From NCBI GenBank assembly GCA_002367635.1, contig DFDI01000073.1:1-54464 (forward strand): a stretch of 54,464 bases of DNA. The letters are read 5' to 3'. How positions within the stretch are numbered: the stretch's first letter is position 1; every line of letters begins with the position of its first letter. This document shows positions 13,441 through 23,642 of the stretch, one piece after another. The stretch comes from Betaproteobacteria bacterium UBA3031. Lineage in GTDB: Bacteria > Pseudomonadota > Gammaproteobacteria > Burkholderiales > Eutrophovitaceae. The translations under genes were made by a program, and so were the position numbers. The notes beneath the pieces were generated by a model that worked only from the letters and a program-made list of their open reading frames with translations, searched no databases and had not been told where the DNA came from.

Positions 13441-16400
13441 ATGAAACTTAGAGATGTCGCGTTAGAAGACAAATATATTGTTGAGGAGGGTCGTATCTTT
13501 CTCAATGGGACACAAGCATTGGTGCGCTTGCCTTTGATGCAGCATGCTAGAGATCAAAAGAACGGATTGGATACTGCTGGCTATATTTCTGGTTATCGGG
13601 GCAGCCCGTTAGGTCAGTTTGACCAACAATTGTGGATCGCAAAGAAACATCTAAAAAATCACAATATTGTGTTCCAGGCAGGGGTTAACGAAGACCTTGC
13701 GGCAACGGCGCTGTGGGGTACACAGCAGGCTGGGATGCATGGCAAGGCCAAATATGATGGTGTGTTTGGCATATGGTATGGCAAGGGGCCAGGAGTGGAT
13801 CGGTCAGGTGATATTTTTCGACATGCGAACTTGGCTGGAACCCATCCAAATGGTGGTGTTCTCGTTTTGATGGGCGACGATCACACGTGTGAATCATCGA
13901 CCACTGCGCATCAAAGTGAATTTGCGTTGGTCGACGCAATGATGCCCATACTGAATCCAGCTGGGGTCCAGGAGTTATTGGATTACGGGCTGTATGGATG
14001 GGCGCTTTCCCGATATTCTGGTACGTGGGTAGGTCTCAAGTGCATGAAGGATACGATCGATGCAAGCGCAACCGTTGAGGTCGGTGACGATAGAGTGCAA
14101 GTGGTTCAGCCCTCTGAATTTGAAATGCCTGAGGGGGGGCTTAGTCTTCGCTTTCCAGATCCGCCTCTAGCTCAGGAAGAGCGCCTTCATAAATATAAGC
14201 TTGAAGCGGTCAAAGCTTTTGTGCGAGCTAATGGAATCGACAGAGTTGAATTTCAAGGCGAGAATGATGTCTTGGGTATCATTACTTGTGGTAAATCGTA
14301 TCTCGATGTGAGACAAGCGCTTCACTATTTAGGTATAGATGACCAGCGTGCGAAAAAACTCGGTTTGAGTGTTTATAAAGTGGGTATGACCTGGCCACTC
14401 GAGCCAATAGGGATTAGTCAGTTTGCTACTGGCCTTAAAAAGATTTTGGTTGTTGAAGAAAAGCGAGCTCTTTTAGAGCCTCAAGTGAAAGATATCTTAT
14501 ATTCGCTCGAGCAACGTCCTATTGTTATTGGTAAAAAAAATGAACAAGGAAATGAGTTGCTTCGCTCCAATGCAGCACTCGAACCTAATGAAATTGCGAT
14601 TGCGATTGCAGAGCGTATATTAGAGTTCACGAGTGATCGCGATCTTGAAGATCGACTCAATCGAAGAAGATCGATGGCTCTTGAGTCTATCGAGGTGCCA
14701 GCCATGGAGCGCACGCCTTATTTCTGTTCAGGTTGTCCCCACAGCACGGGAACTAAGGTGCCAGAGGGTTCTGTTGCTTTATCTGGGATAGGTTGTCATT
14801 TTATGGCGCAATGGATGGATCGCAATACGACCGGATATACCCAAATGGGAGGAGAGGGGGCGAGTTGGATTGGTGAGTCTCACTTCGTTGATACGCCGCA
14901 TGTTTTTCAAAATATTGGTGATGGGACATATTTTCATTCTGGGTTTTTAGCGTTGAGGGCGGCAGTCGCTTCAGGGGCTAATATGACCTACAAAATCTTA
15001 TTTAATGATGCCGTTGCAATGACGGGTGGTCAGCCAGTCGATGGTCAATTAACCGTGCCACAAGTAACTCGGCAAGTCGCGGCTGAAGGTGCGACCAAAG
15101 TTGTAGTTGTTACGGATGAGCCGGATAAATATGGTTCTAATGCTGGGTTCGCTGAGGGTGTGACAGTACATCATCGCGATGATTATGATCGAGTCCAAAA
15201 ACAGATTCGTGAAGTTTTAGGGGTCTCAGTAATTGTTTATGACCAGACCTGTGCTTCGGAAAAGAGGCGAAGGCGAAAAAGAGGAACGTTCCCTGATCCA
15301 GCGAAAAGGGCAGTGATTAATGATTTAGTCTGTGAAGGTTGTGGTGATTGTGGTGTTCAGTCGAACTGTGTCTCTGTTACTCCGCTTGAAACTGAGTTTG
15401 GTCGAAAGCGATCAATAGACCAGTCCTCGTGTAATAAGGACTTTTCTTGCGTCAAGGGGTTTTGTCCAAGCTTTGTCACAGTACATGGCGGATCTCTGAA
15501 GAAGGGTCAAGGTGTGGTATCTAAGACTGAAAAAGCTGATCTCTTTCCAGCCTTGGTGGATCCATTTTTACCGTCTTTGGAGCAGCCGTATGGGATCCTG
15601 GTCAATGGTATTGGTGGCACGGGTGTTGTAACCATAGGCGCGATTATTGGTATGGCGGCTCATCTTGAGAGTAAGTCCTTTGCGGGGATGGATATGGCAG
15701 GTCTTGCTCAAAAAGGAGGAGCCGTTTGGAGCCACTTGCAGATCGCGAATCGTCAGGAAGATTTGAAAGCAGCGCGTCTTGGTTTTGCTGGTGCTTCGTT
15801 GATTTTGGGTTGTGATTTTGTGACGACTGCAAGTGAAAAGACAATGGGGTTGGGTCAAAATGGAAAGACATTCGCCATTGTTAATGTGCATGAGCAGATG
15901 ACAGGTGTTTTTACCCGCGACAAAAATTATCAATTTCCGAGAAATGATCTGAAAGAGACGATCCGTAACCGATTGGGTGGAGATAACGTTGAGTTTGTAG
16001 AAGCAACTCGTATCGCTACTTCATTGATGGGTAATTCGATCGCGTCGAATATGTTCATGCTGGGATTCGCCTATCAAAAAGGCTTATTACCTTTGGGACA
16101 CGAAGCCATCAATCGAGCAATAGAGATGAATGGTGCATCGGTCGAGATGAACAAGACGGCGTTTCTCTGGGGGCGAAGAGCCTGTGTCGATTTGCCGACA
16201 GTAGAGCGATTATTGAAACCGAAAGTTTTAAAGGATGAGGTGGTTGAGGAGCAGTCGCACACGATCGATGAGATCATTCAAAAGAGATACGACTTCCTAA
16301 CTGATTATCAAAACGTAGATTATGCGAAACAGTATCGAAGTCTAGTTGATAGGGTGCGGCTTAGAGAAGAGTCCGGAGCGATGCTTGATGGGCTGACAGA

Positions 16401-16914
16401 GATCGTTGCGCGTTACTACTTCAAGCTGATGGCCTATAAAGACGAATATGAGGTCGGCAGACTTTACTCTGACGGTGTATTTCAGAAAAAGGTAGGGCAG
16501 CTCTTTGAAGGAAATTACAAGATTCGATATCATCTCGCCCCGCCCCTTTTTGCTAAAAAAGACTCTGAGACCGGTCATCTTAAGAAAAAAGAGTTTGGTC
16601 CATGGGTTTTTGGAGTGTTTAAAGTTCTGTCCCGCTTAAAGTTTTTGCGTGGTACGGTTTTTGATGTGTTTGGATGGACCTCTGAGAGAAAGATGGAGCG
16701 TCAACTCATTGAGGATTACCGCTTGTTGGTTGAGGAGATTGCCGACACCGTGAACCAAACAAATATTGAAGTAGCTAAGAAACTCTTATCTTTGCCGGAA
16801 GAGATACGTGGCTACGGACATGTTAAAGAGGCCAGCGTCATTCAGGTGAGGCAGTCGTGGCGAGCTTTGCTTGATCAGTACTCTGCCGCAGGAGCAGAGC
16901 GCAAAGCAGCTTAA
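13441..16914 (+). CDS. Indolepyruvate ferredoxin oxidoreductase family protein (single-chain fusion)
   Basis: GYRGSPLG, FCSGCPH, TPP motif GDGT, CEGCGDC Fe-S, GIGGTGV, GLAQKGG, MAYKDEYEV; 1157 aa. Confidence 0.93.
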   Translation: MKLRDVALEDKYIVEEGRIFLNGTQALVRLPLMQHARDQKNGLDTAGYISGYRGSPLGQFDQQLWIAKKHLKNHNIVFQAGVNEDLAATALWGTQQAGMHGKAKYDGVFGIWYGKGPGVDRSGDIFRHANLAGTHPNGGVLVLMGDDHTCESSTTAHQSEFALVDAMMPILNPAGVQELLDYGLYGWALSRYSGTWVGLKCMKDTIDASATVEVGDDRVQVVQPSEFEMPEGGLSLRFPDPPLAQEERLHKYKLEAVKAFVRANGIDRVEFQGENDVLGIITCGKSYLDVRQALHYLGIDDQRAKKLGLSVYKVGMTWPLEPIGISQFATGLKKILVVEEKRALLEPQVKDILYSLEQRPIVIGKKNEQGNELLRSNAALEPNEIAIAIAERILEFTSDRDLEDRLNRRRSMALESIEVPAMERTPYFCSGCPHSTGTKVPEGSVALSGIGCHFMAQWMDRNTTGYTQMGGEGASWIGESHFVDTPHVFQNIGDGTYFHSGFLALRAAVASGANMTYKILFNDAVAMTGGQPVDGQLTVPQVTRQVAAEGATKVVVVTDEPDKYGSNAGFAEGVTVHHRDDYDRVQKQIREVLGVSVIVYDQTCASEKRRRRKRGTFPDPAKRAVINDLVCEGCGDCGVQSNCVSVTPLETEFGRKRSIDQSSCNKDFSCVKGFCPSFVTVHGGSLKKGQGVVSKTEKADLFPALVDPFLPSLEQPYGILVNGIGGTGVVTIGAIIGMAAHLESKSFAGMDMAGLAQKGGAVWSHLQIANRQEDLKAARLGFAGASLILGCDFVTTASEKTMGLGQNGKTFAIVNVHEQMTGVFTRDKNYQFPRNDLKETIRNRLGGDNVEFVEATRIATSLMGNSIASNMFMLGFAYQKGLLPLGHEAINRAIEMNGASVEMNKTAFLWGRRACVDLPTVERLLKPKVLKDEVVEEQSHTIDEIIQKRYDFLTDYQNVDYAKQYRSLVDRVRLREESGAMLDGLTEIVARYYFKLMAYKDEYEVGRLYSDGVFQKKVGQLFEGNYKIRYHLAPPLFAKKDSETGHLKKKEFGPWVFGVFKVLSRLKFLRGTVFDVFGWTSERKMERQLIEDYRLLVEEIADTVNQTNIEVAKKLLSLPEEIRGYGHVKEASVIQVRQSWRALLDQYSAAGAERKAA

Positions 16915-16929
16915 GAGCAGTTGTGTTTG

Positions 16930-17682
16930 TTAAAAGAAGTATGGCCCGATAGCATCTATTTGTGCGGTTACCAGCGCGTCAACTTTGTGTTCGATAACAT
17001 TAATTGCTTCAATGCTGTCGTTGATGTTGGTTGCGATCACAGAATGTTTTTTTTGGTGTAGTGTCTCGACAAGTTGGGACGTAATTAACTGCTGTGGAAT
17101 GAAAATGCAATGGCACATTAATTTTTCGTAGCCACTTTCTTCCTGAGTTAATTTGTCGTTCCAAATAAGGCCTCTTGTAGCGTCAGGAGCAATGTTCATT
17201 AATGTGGTTAACGTTAGGGCGCTTTCAGATGCGATCAAGGGGAAGAGGGATTTTTCTTGGCCAACTCTTTCTAGAATATCAATGCTAATTTCTACTATGG
17301 CTCGTTCTTGGCCAGGGCTTGGTTTTAATTCGATTATGGGGCGTATTTCCAGCTCGGTGCAGGTTGACAGCGCTTGATAGAGCGTGGGCAACTTCTCTCC
17401 TATGTATTCGTTTCCGTAATCACTACCAATATCTAAACCATTAATTTGATCAAAAAATAATTCGCTGATAAGCCCTGGGGCCCCGGTCGTTAGGTCAAGT
17501 GATTCATTAGTCAGGAGAATGGGTACGCCATCTGCCGTTAAGCGAACGTCAAAATGGACGTTTTGGAACCCGAGGTTCCTAGCATTTCTAATGCCAGCTA
17601 GTGAATTTTCTGGAGCGATAATGCCCCCAGTTCTGTGGCTGATGACCTTTTGTCGGGATGCCAATGATTGGTTTTCAAGCAT
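16930..17682 (-). CDS. Glycerophosphodiester phosphodiesterase (UgpQ-like) fold protein, catalytic residues altered
   Basis: SHRTGG..APENSLAG, xFDVRLTADG, PTL, IELKP GDPD motifs, but E->H and HD->TN substitutions. Confidence 0.82.
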   Translation of the reverse strand: MLENQSLASRQKVISHRTGGIIAPENSLAGIRNARNLGFQNVHFDVRLTADGVPILLTNESLDLTTGAPGLISELFFDQINGLDIGSDYGNEYIGEKLPTLYQALSTCTELEIRPIIELKPSPGQERAIVEISIDILERVGQEKSLFPLIASESALTLTTLMNIAPDATRGLIWNDKLTQEESGYEKLMCHCIFIPQQLITSQLVETLHQKKHSVIATNINDSIEAINVIEHKVDALVTAQIDAIGPYFF

Positions 17683-17825
17683 GGTTACATTATACGAGAT
17701 GCCTGTATGTGGGCATATAATAGGTTTAGAGGTTTTAATTAATGATTAGCGTTATTCTAGCGCCCTATTTTAGATAAAATCTCGGTTTGTGCGATATACT
17801 ATTTTCGTTTAACTAAGGTTCCCTA

Positions 17826-18179
17826 ATGCCTATCTATGAATATCTTTGTTCCTCGTGCGGTAATAAACATGAGGCACTTCAAAAAATATCGGAAGACCTC
17901 TTGGTCGATTGCCCTAAATGTGATGAGCCATCGCTGGTAAAAATGGTAACCGCTGCGGGCTTTCAGCTGAAAGGTGGCGGTTGGTATGTGACTGACTTTA
18001 AAGATAAAAAACAACCTTCTTCAAGCAAGAGTCCTGCGGATGTTGGTGGTGATACTAAGGTTAGTGGGAGTTCCTCTGATGTTGGCGGTGATACTAAGGT
18101 CAGTGGGAGTTCCTCTGATGTGAAGAATACGAATGAAACTAAATCAACCAAAGAGTCTTCAAAGGGCGGCGGCGATTGA
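17826..18179 (+). CDS. FmdB-family zinc-ribbon protein
   Basis: MPIYEYLCSSCG...CPKC...FQLKGGGWYVTDF; low-complexity tail; upstream of aspS. Confidence 0.92.
   Translation: MPIYEYLCSSCGNKHEALQKISEDLLVDCPKCDEPSLVKMVTAAGFQLKGGGWYVTDFKDKKQPSSSKSPADVGGDTKVSGSSSDVGGDTKVSGSSSDVKNTNETKSTKESSKGGGD
18039..18121 (+). repeat. In-frame 39-bp tandem repeat (2 copies plus 5-nt partial) encoding DVGGDTKVSGSSS
   Basis: GATGTTGGTGGTGATACTAAGGTTAGTGGGAGTTCCTCT (18039-18077) vs GATGTTGGCGGTGATACTAAGGTCAGTGGGAGTTCCTCT (18078-18116); 2 synonymous differences. Confidence 0.95.
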
Positions 18180-18258
18180 GAGCTATCGCATTATTTATTT
18201 CTGCGGGACCGAATAGTGTTGTAACGCCACTTTTAAAAAATAACGGAAACTAATAGCA

Positions 18259-20058
18259 ATGCGAACAAATTATTGTGGGTTAATTGATTCAAGCTATTTG
18301 GACCAAGAGGTTCATTTATTCGGCTGGGTTCATCGGCGGAGGGATCACGGTGGTGTCATTTTTATTGATCTGCGTGATCGAGAGGGTATTGTTCAAGTGG
18401 TATCTGATCCTGATAATGAACAAGCTTTTGCGGTCAGTGACCGCGCCCGAAGTGAATACGTTCTGCGGATAAAAGGGCGAGTGCGACGGCGACCCGATGG
18501 AACGGTGAATCCTACATTAACGAGCGGTGAAATAGAGGTTCTGGCGGATGATATTGAAATTCTTAATACATCAGAGACGCCACCTTTTACCATTGACGAG
18601 GAAGAGCCATCAGAGATAGTTCGATTGGAGAACAGAGTTTTTGATTTGCGTCGTCCTCAGATGCAGGCGAATCTGAGGCTGCGGTCTCGCGTTTCAAAAT
18701 ACTTGAGAGATTATCTAGATCAAAATGGGTTTATTGACGTAGAGACGCCGATTTTATACAAATCGACACCAGAGGGTGCTCGTGAATTTCTAGTGCCATC
18801 TCGTATGCATGATGGTGAGTTTTATGCGTTACCGCAGTCGCCTCAGCTATTCAAGCAAATGTTGATGGTCGCTGGGTTTGATCGTTACTATCAAGTTGTT
18901 AAATGTTTCCGTGACGAGGATTTACGGGCGGATCGTCAGCCTGAGTTTACGCAGATTGATATTGAAACTTCATTCCTTGATGAGTTTGAAATAAGACGGA
19001 TCATGGAAGACATGATTAGGGGTTGTTTCAAAAACACTCTTCAGGTTGAATTGCCAGATACATTTCCAGTGATGCCTTACGATGACGTGATGCATTTGTA
19101 CGGCAGTGATAAACCTGATCTGAGAATTCCGCTTAGATTTACCGACATCACTGAGTTAATGAAGGTAGAGGAATTTAAAGTATTTAGATCAGCCGCCGAT
19201 CTTGTGGATGGACGAGTAGTTGCGTTAAGAGTTCCTGGAGGCGGGGAGATCAGTCGAAAGCAGATTGATGATTACACAAAATTTGTCGCGATCTATGGCG
19301 CTAAAGGTTTGGCATATATAAAAGTCAATGATGTGACTTGCGGTATTGATGGATTGCAGTCCCCCATTATTAAGTTCCTCTCAGAGGAGGTTGTATTAAA
19401 AGTAATTCAGCTTTCTGGTGCAATAAACGGTGATATCATTTTCTTTGGCGCGGACAAGAGTGCTATTGTTAACAATGCGTTGGGTGCTCTGCGTGAGAAA
19501 TTGGGGCGGGACCTTGGCTTAGTCGAGGCTGGATGGAAGCCGCTTTGGGTGGTTGATTTTCCTATGTTTGAGTATGACGAACAGTCAAACCAATGGGCTG
19601 CCCGCCATCATCCATTTACATCTCCAAAAGATGGACACGACACACACATTGATACAAACCCAGGCGCTGCCTATGCTAAAGCTTACGATATGGTCTTGAA
19701 TGGTTGGGAGATTGGTGGCGGTTCGGTTCGTATCCATCAGCGCGAATTGCAAGAGAAAGTTTTCCGTTCATTAAAGATAACTCCGGAGGACCAGCAAGCT
19801 AAATTTGGATTCCTGTTAGATAGTCTGAAATGGGGTGCTCCTCCGCATGGTGGTATTGCCTTTGGTCTTGATCGGATCGTCACGCTTATGTGTGGGGCAA
19901 AATCGATTAGGGACGTCATTGCATTTCCTAAAACGCAGCGCGGACAAGATTTATTGACAGGGGCGCCTTCTGCGGTGACGGATGCACAGTTACGTGAGCT
20001 ACATATTCGTCTTCGTAGTGCCGCGAAGACTGCGACAACCAATACAACCGGCGATTAA
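18259..20058 (+). CDS. aspS: Aspartate--tRNA ligase (probably non-discriminating Asp/Asn)
   Basis: [43 protein letters not shown]. Confidence 0.98.
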   Translation: MRTNYCGLIDSSYLDQEVHLFGWVHRRRDHGGVIFIDLRDREGIVQVVSDPDNEQAFAVSDRARSEYVLRIKGRVRRRPDGTVNPTLTSGEIEVLADDIEILNTSETPPFTIDEEEPSEIVRLENRVFDLRRPQMQANLRLRSRVSKYLRDYLDQNGFIDVETPILYKSTPEGAREFLVPSRMHDGEFYALPQSPQLFKQMLMVAGFDRYYQVVKCFRDEDLRADRQPEFTQIDIETSFLDEFEIRRIMEDMIRGCFKNTLQVELPDTFPVMPYDDVMHLYGSDKPDLRIPLRFTDITELMKVEEFKVFRSAADLVDGRVVALRVPGGGEISRKQIDDYTKFVAIYGAKGLAYIKVNDVTCGIDGLQSPIIKFLSEEVVLKVIQLSGAINGDIIFFGADKSAIVNNALGALREKLGRDLGLVEAGWKPLWVVDFPMFEYDEQSNQWAARHHPFTSPKDGHDTHIDTNPGAAYAKAYDMVLNGWEIGGGSVRIHQRELQEKVFRSLKITPEDQQAKFGFLLDSLKWGAPPHGGIAFGLDRIVTLMCGAKSIRDVIAFPKTQRGQDLLTGAPSAVTDAQLRELHIRLRSAAKTATTNTTGD

Positions 20059-20067
20059 ACTCGCATT

Positions 20068-20541
20068 ATGTTGCCTGAGAGCAGGCGAATCGAGTCATAC
20101 AAGATTCCTGTATCGGTTCTAGTGGTTGTTTATACCGCGGACTTAGAGATTCTGTTACTTGAGCGAGCCGACCGAGATGGTTTTTGGCAGTCAGTAACAG
20201 GGAGCAGCGAATTAACCGAGTCTTTAGATCAAACCGCAGTTCGAGAGCTGAGTGAGGAAACGGGTATTAATGCGTCTGATTATGCGTTATCTGATTGGAA
20301 GATTTGCAACGAGTTTGAAATCTTTAAACATTGGCGTGGTCGTTATGCTCCTGGCGTCACCCATAATATGGAGCATGTGTTCGGCTTAGTTGTCCCAGAG
20401 AGGGTATCGATTAAAATATCTCCTCGTGAGCACACTCAGTTCGGTTGGTTTCCGATTGAGGAGGCTATTGATCGAGTTTTTTCTTGGACAAACGCTGATG
20501 CTTTGCGGTTTTTGTTGGATACTGATTCCAGTTTGCGCTGA
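20068..20541 (+). CDS. nudB: Dihydroneopterin triphosphate diphosphatase (Nudix)
   Basis: KIPVSVLVV, FWQSVTGS, Nudix box AVRELSEETG, RYAPGVTHN; follows aspS. Confidence 0.92.
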   Translation: MLPESRRIESYKIPVSVLVVVYTADLEILLLERADRDGFWQSVTGSSELTESLDQTAVRELSEETGINASDYALSDWKICNEFEIFKHWRGRYAPGVTHNMEHVFGLVVPERVSIKISPREHTQFGWFPIEEAIDRVFSWTNADALRFLLDTDSSLR

Positions 20542-20661
20542 GGTTTGGCTTTGTTAAAAAATATCTCATGTAAACTTTGTAGTGAAAGCGGTTCGAGGGT
20601 TCAATGTAGGTAGTGTTTCATTGATTAATTCAGTTTTTGTGTGTGGAAAGTAAGGCAGGTC

Positions 20662-21765
20662 ATGGAGTTAGTAACGAGCAGAGATTTTTTGGATTACCGT
20701 GATCGTTCCGACGAGGAATGTCATGGGCTTATCAAAAGGGCTAAGGCTAGTCTCGGAGAAGATTTAGTTATTCTCGGCCATCATTATCAAAGAGCGGATG
20801 TGTATCAACATGCCGATTTGAGAGGGGACTCTTTAAAGCTCTCAAAACTTGCATCCCAAACAAATTCAGAGCACATCATTTTTTGTGGCGTTCACTTTAT
20901 GGCTGAAGTGGCCGACATCATGTCGAAGCAAAACCAAAAGGCGTTACTTCCTGATTTGGCTGCGGGATGTTCGATGGCTGATATGGCTAATTTGTCTAAG
21001 GTTAATCGAGCGTGGAATGAGCTCAAGTCCGTTCTCGGTGAAGAGATGTCGGTGACGCCAATTACTTATATTAACTCTGCAGCAGATCTAAAAGCGTTTT
21101 GTGGGGAGCGTGACGGTATTGTGTGTACGTCATCGAACGCTTCCCGGGTCGTCACTTGGGGGTTAGCTCAGCGAGAAAAGATTTTGTTTTTTCCGGATCA
21201 GCATTTAGGTCGTTGGTCTGGGCATCAGCTTGGTTTAATCAACGAAACAGATATGAAGGTTTGGGATCCGGATTTATGGATGGGTGGACTCACTGAGGAG
21301 GAAATTAAGAAAGCAAAAATACTTTTGTGGAAGGGGCACTGCTCGGTCCATCAGATGTTCCAGCCTGAGCATATTGCGCGATTCCGTGAGAAATATCCTG
21401 AAGGCCATGTTATTTCGCACCCGGAGTGTCGATTCGAAGTTTGTGATCAATCCGACTTTGTTGGTTCGACAGAATATATCGTTCAGACAATTGCGGCAGC
21501 CAAGCCAAATACGCGTTGGTTGGTTGGCACTGAATTAAATTTAGTGAATCGAATCGCTGAAGAATTTCGACCAGAAGGCAAGGTGGTTGAGTTTATGTCG
21601 CCGGTTGTGTGTATGTGTTCTACGATGAATCGTATAGACCCCCAACATCTGGCGTGGCAAGTTGAGAATTTACTTGATGGTACTTTGGTGAATCAAATTT
21701 GTGTGCCTGAGTCAGACAAAGGTATGGCACGAGTTGCTCTAGAGCGAATGTTGTCGATTTCTTAA
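20662..21765 (+). CDS. nadA: Quinolinate synthase A
   Basis: LGHHYQ, FCGVHFMAE, AGCSMADMA, GHCSVH, HPEC, CMCSTMNRID; start probably ATG 20662 (alternative GTG 20641). Confidence 0.95.
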   Translation: MELVTSRDFLDYRDRSDEECHGLIKRAKASLGEDLVILGHHYQRADVYQHADLRGDSLKLSKLASQTNSEHIIFCGVHFMAEVADIMSKQNQKALLPDLAAGCSMADMANLSKVNRAWNELKSVLGEEMSVTPITYINSAADLKAFCGERDGIVCTSSNASRVVTWGLAQREKILFFPDQHLGRWSGHQLGLINETDMKVWDPDLWMGGLTEEEIKKAKILLWKGHCSVHQMFQPEHIARFREKYPEGHVISHPECRFEVCDQSDFVGSTEYIVQTIAAAKPNTRWLVGTELNLVNRIAEEFRPEGKVVEFMSPVVCMCSTMNRIDPQHLAWQVENLLDGTLVNQICVPESDKGMARVALERMLSIS

Positions 21766-21827
21766 GTCCCTATGAGGGTTGCTACCTGTTGTTTGATGCG
21801 TAAGGGTTACCCCTTGGACCTTGATTT

Positions 21828-23591
21828 GTGACGAAAACTAATTGGGTGACTTTAAAGTCTCTGGCGCCGTATCTCTGGGATTTTAAATATCGGGTCATCG
21901 TCGCGCTCGTATTTCTAACTTTAGCCAAAGTGGCCAATGTGTCGGTGCCTCTTGTGCTCAAAGACGTGGTGGATTCACTTTCGTCTCAGAACCAAGTTAT
22001 TTTCCTGCCGCTTGCGCTTCTACTTACTTATGGGGCTCTAAGGCTTTGCGCCGTCGTATTTGCCGAATTGCGTGATGTGGTTTTTGTCAAAGTGACTCGT
22101 CGTGCAACCAGAAAAATAGCGCTAAAGGTATTTCGACATCTCCATGACCTAAGTCTTAAGTTTCATTTAGAGCGACATACAGGAGGTATTTCTCGTGAGA
22201 TAGAGCGGGGAACGCGCGGCATTTCAATCCTGTTGACGTATTCATTATTCTCGATCATTCCCGTCATACTAGAATTTACTTTTGTTGCTGCGATTTTGTT
22301 GGATCGTTTTGACTGGAGATTCGCGGCCATTACTTTTTCAGCAGTGTTTGTTTACTTGATTTACACCTTTTTCGTGTCTGAATGGCGAATGAGCATTCGT
22401 CGTGAAGCTAACGAGTGGGATACACGATCAAATTCCCACGCAGTTGACAGTCTTCTTAATTACGAAACGGTTAAATATTTTAATAACGAGGATTACGAAG
22501 CGGAAAGATACGACACTTTTTTGCGTGAGTACGAAACGGCTGATGTTAAAACCGAGACCTCGCTTGGACTACTTAATATAGGGCAAAGTGTCATCATAGC
22601 CTTAGCGGTTACGGCGCTAATGATATTAACCTCACAAGGGGTCGTTGCTCAAAAAATGACGATTGGTGACTTGGTTTTAGTGAATGGGCTTTTGATTCAA
22701 CTGTATATCCCACTGAATTTCATGGGTATGGTTTATCGCGAAATTAAACAGTCGTTTATTGATATGAACAAGATGTTCTCGTTGTTGGATACACCGCAAG
22801 ATATCGCAGATCGACCTGGAGCAATTTTATTCGAGCCTTCCAGCCCAACCGTTGAATTTAAAAATGTTTCATTCTCCTACGATGGTCGACGTGAGACGTT
22901 ATCAGACGTCAGTTTTGTCGTTCCTAATGGGAAGACCGTTGCGATTGTCGGTGAGAGTGGGTCCGGGAAAACCACTCTGGCCAGATTGTTGTTTCGGCTC
23001 TATGATGTTTCCGATGGTGTGATCCTTATCGATGGTAAAGATGTTCGCGATTATCTCCAAGATAGTTATAGGAGATCCATCGGCGTTGTACCGCAAGATA
23101 CGGTTCTTTTTAACGACACTTTGGGATTCAACATCAAGTATGGACAGCCGCTGTGCTCACAAGGAGATCTAGATCGCGTGGTGCATTTAGCTCAACTCGA
23201 AAATTTTGTTAAAGCTCTTCCGGATGGTTTTGAGACAACTGTTGGTGAACGGGGTTTGAAGGTGTCTGGCGGCGAGAAACAACGGATATCAATAGCTCGA
23301 GCAATTCTTAAGAATCCACCGATTATGATTTTTGATGAGGCGACATCCTCTTTGGACTCGGGGAGTGAGCGATTAATACAATTGGCGTTAGATGGAGTAT
23401 CAAAAAACAGAACGACTTTGGTCATTGCACATCGGTTATCTACGATCGTTCATGCGCATGAGATTATTGTGCTGGATGCAGGAAAAATTATAGAGAGAGG
23501 ATCGCATCGGGAGCTTCTAGAGAAGGGAGGTAGATACAGTTACATGTGGAATCTCCAGCAAAGCAAGTCGCAAGTAGAGATTAAGGGTTAA
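21828..23591 (+). CDS. ABCB/Atm1-like ABC transporter, fused permease and ATPase
   Basis: TM domain with DSLLNYETVKYF and PLNFMG; Walker A GESGSGKT, VSGGEKQR, DEATS. Confidence 0.93.
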   Translation: MTKTNWVTLKSLAPYLWDFKYRVIVALVFLTLAKVANVSVPLVLKDVVDSLSSQNQVIFLPLALLLTYGALRLCAVVFAELRDVVFVKVTRRATRKIALKVFRHLHDLSLKFHLERHTGGISREIERGTRGISILLTYSLFSIIPVILEFTFVAAILLDRFDWRFAAITFSAVFVYLIYTFFVSEWRMSIRREANEWDTRSNSHAVDSLLNYETVKYFNNEDYEAERYDTFLREYETADVKTETSLGLLNIGQSVIIALAVTALMILTSQGVVAQKMTIGDLVLVNGLLIQLYIPLNFMGMVYREIKQSFIDMNKMFSLLDTPQDIADRPGAILFEPSSPTVEFKNVSFSYDGRRETLSDVSFVVPNGKTVAIVGESGSGKTTLARLLFRLYDVSDGVILIDGKDVRDYLQDSYRRSIGVVPQDTVLFNDTLGFNIKYGQPLCSQGDLDRVVHLAQLENFVKALPDGFETTVGERGLKVSGGEKQRISIARAILKNPPIMIFDEATSSLDSGSERLIQLALDGVSKNRTTLVIAHRLSTIVHAHEIIVLDAGKIIERGSHRELLEKGGRYSYMWNLQQSKSQVEIKG

Positions 23592-23642
23592 TGTGTTTGA
23601 ATGTAGTTATAACTTATGTATTTAATCTTAATTTAAATTCTC

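Noticed and set aside
18039-18121. Repeat considered as a CRISPR remnant
   Set aside because: Contiguous in-frame units with no spacers, and no cas genes in the window.
20590-20640. Possible NAD+ riboswitch upstream of nadA (GGTTCAA...GTAGGT, TCAATG/CATTGA stem)
   Set aside because: Only superficial similarity; the conserved internal segments and closing stem are not present.
23605-23614. Palindrome AGTTATAACT upstream of pbpG
   Set aside because: A short AT-rich palindrome expected by chance; it may simply contain a -10 element.
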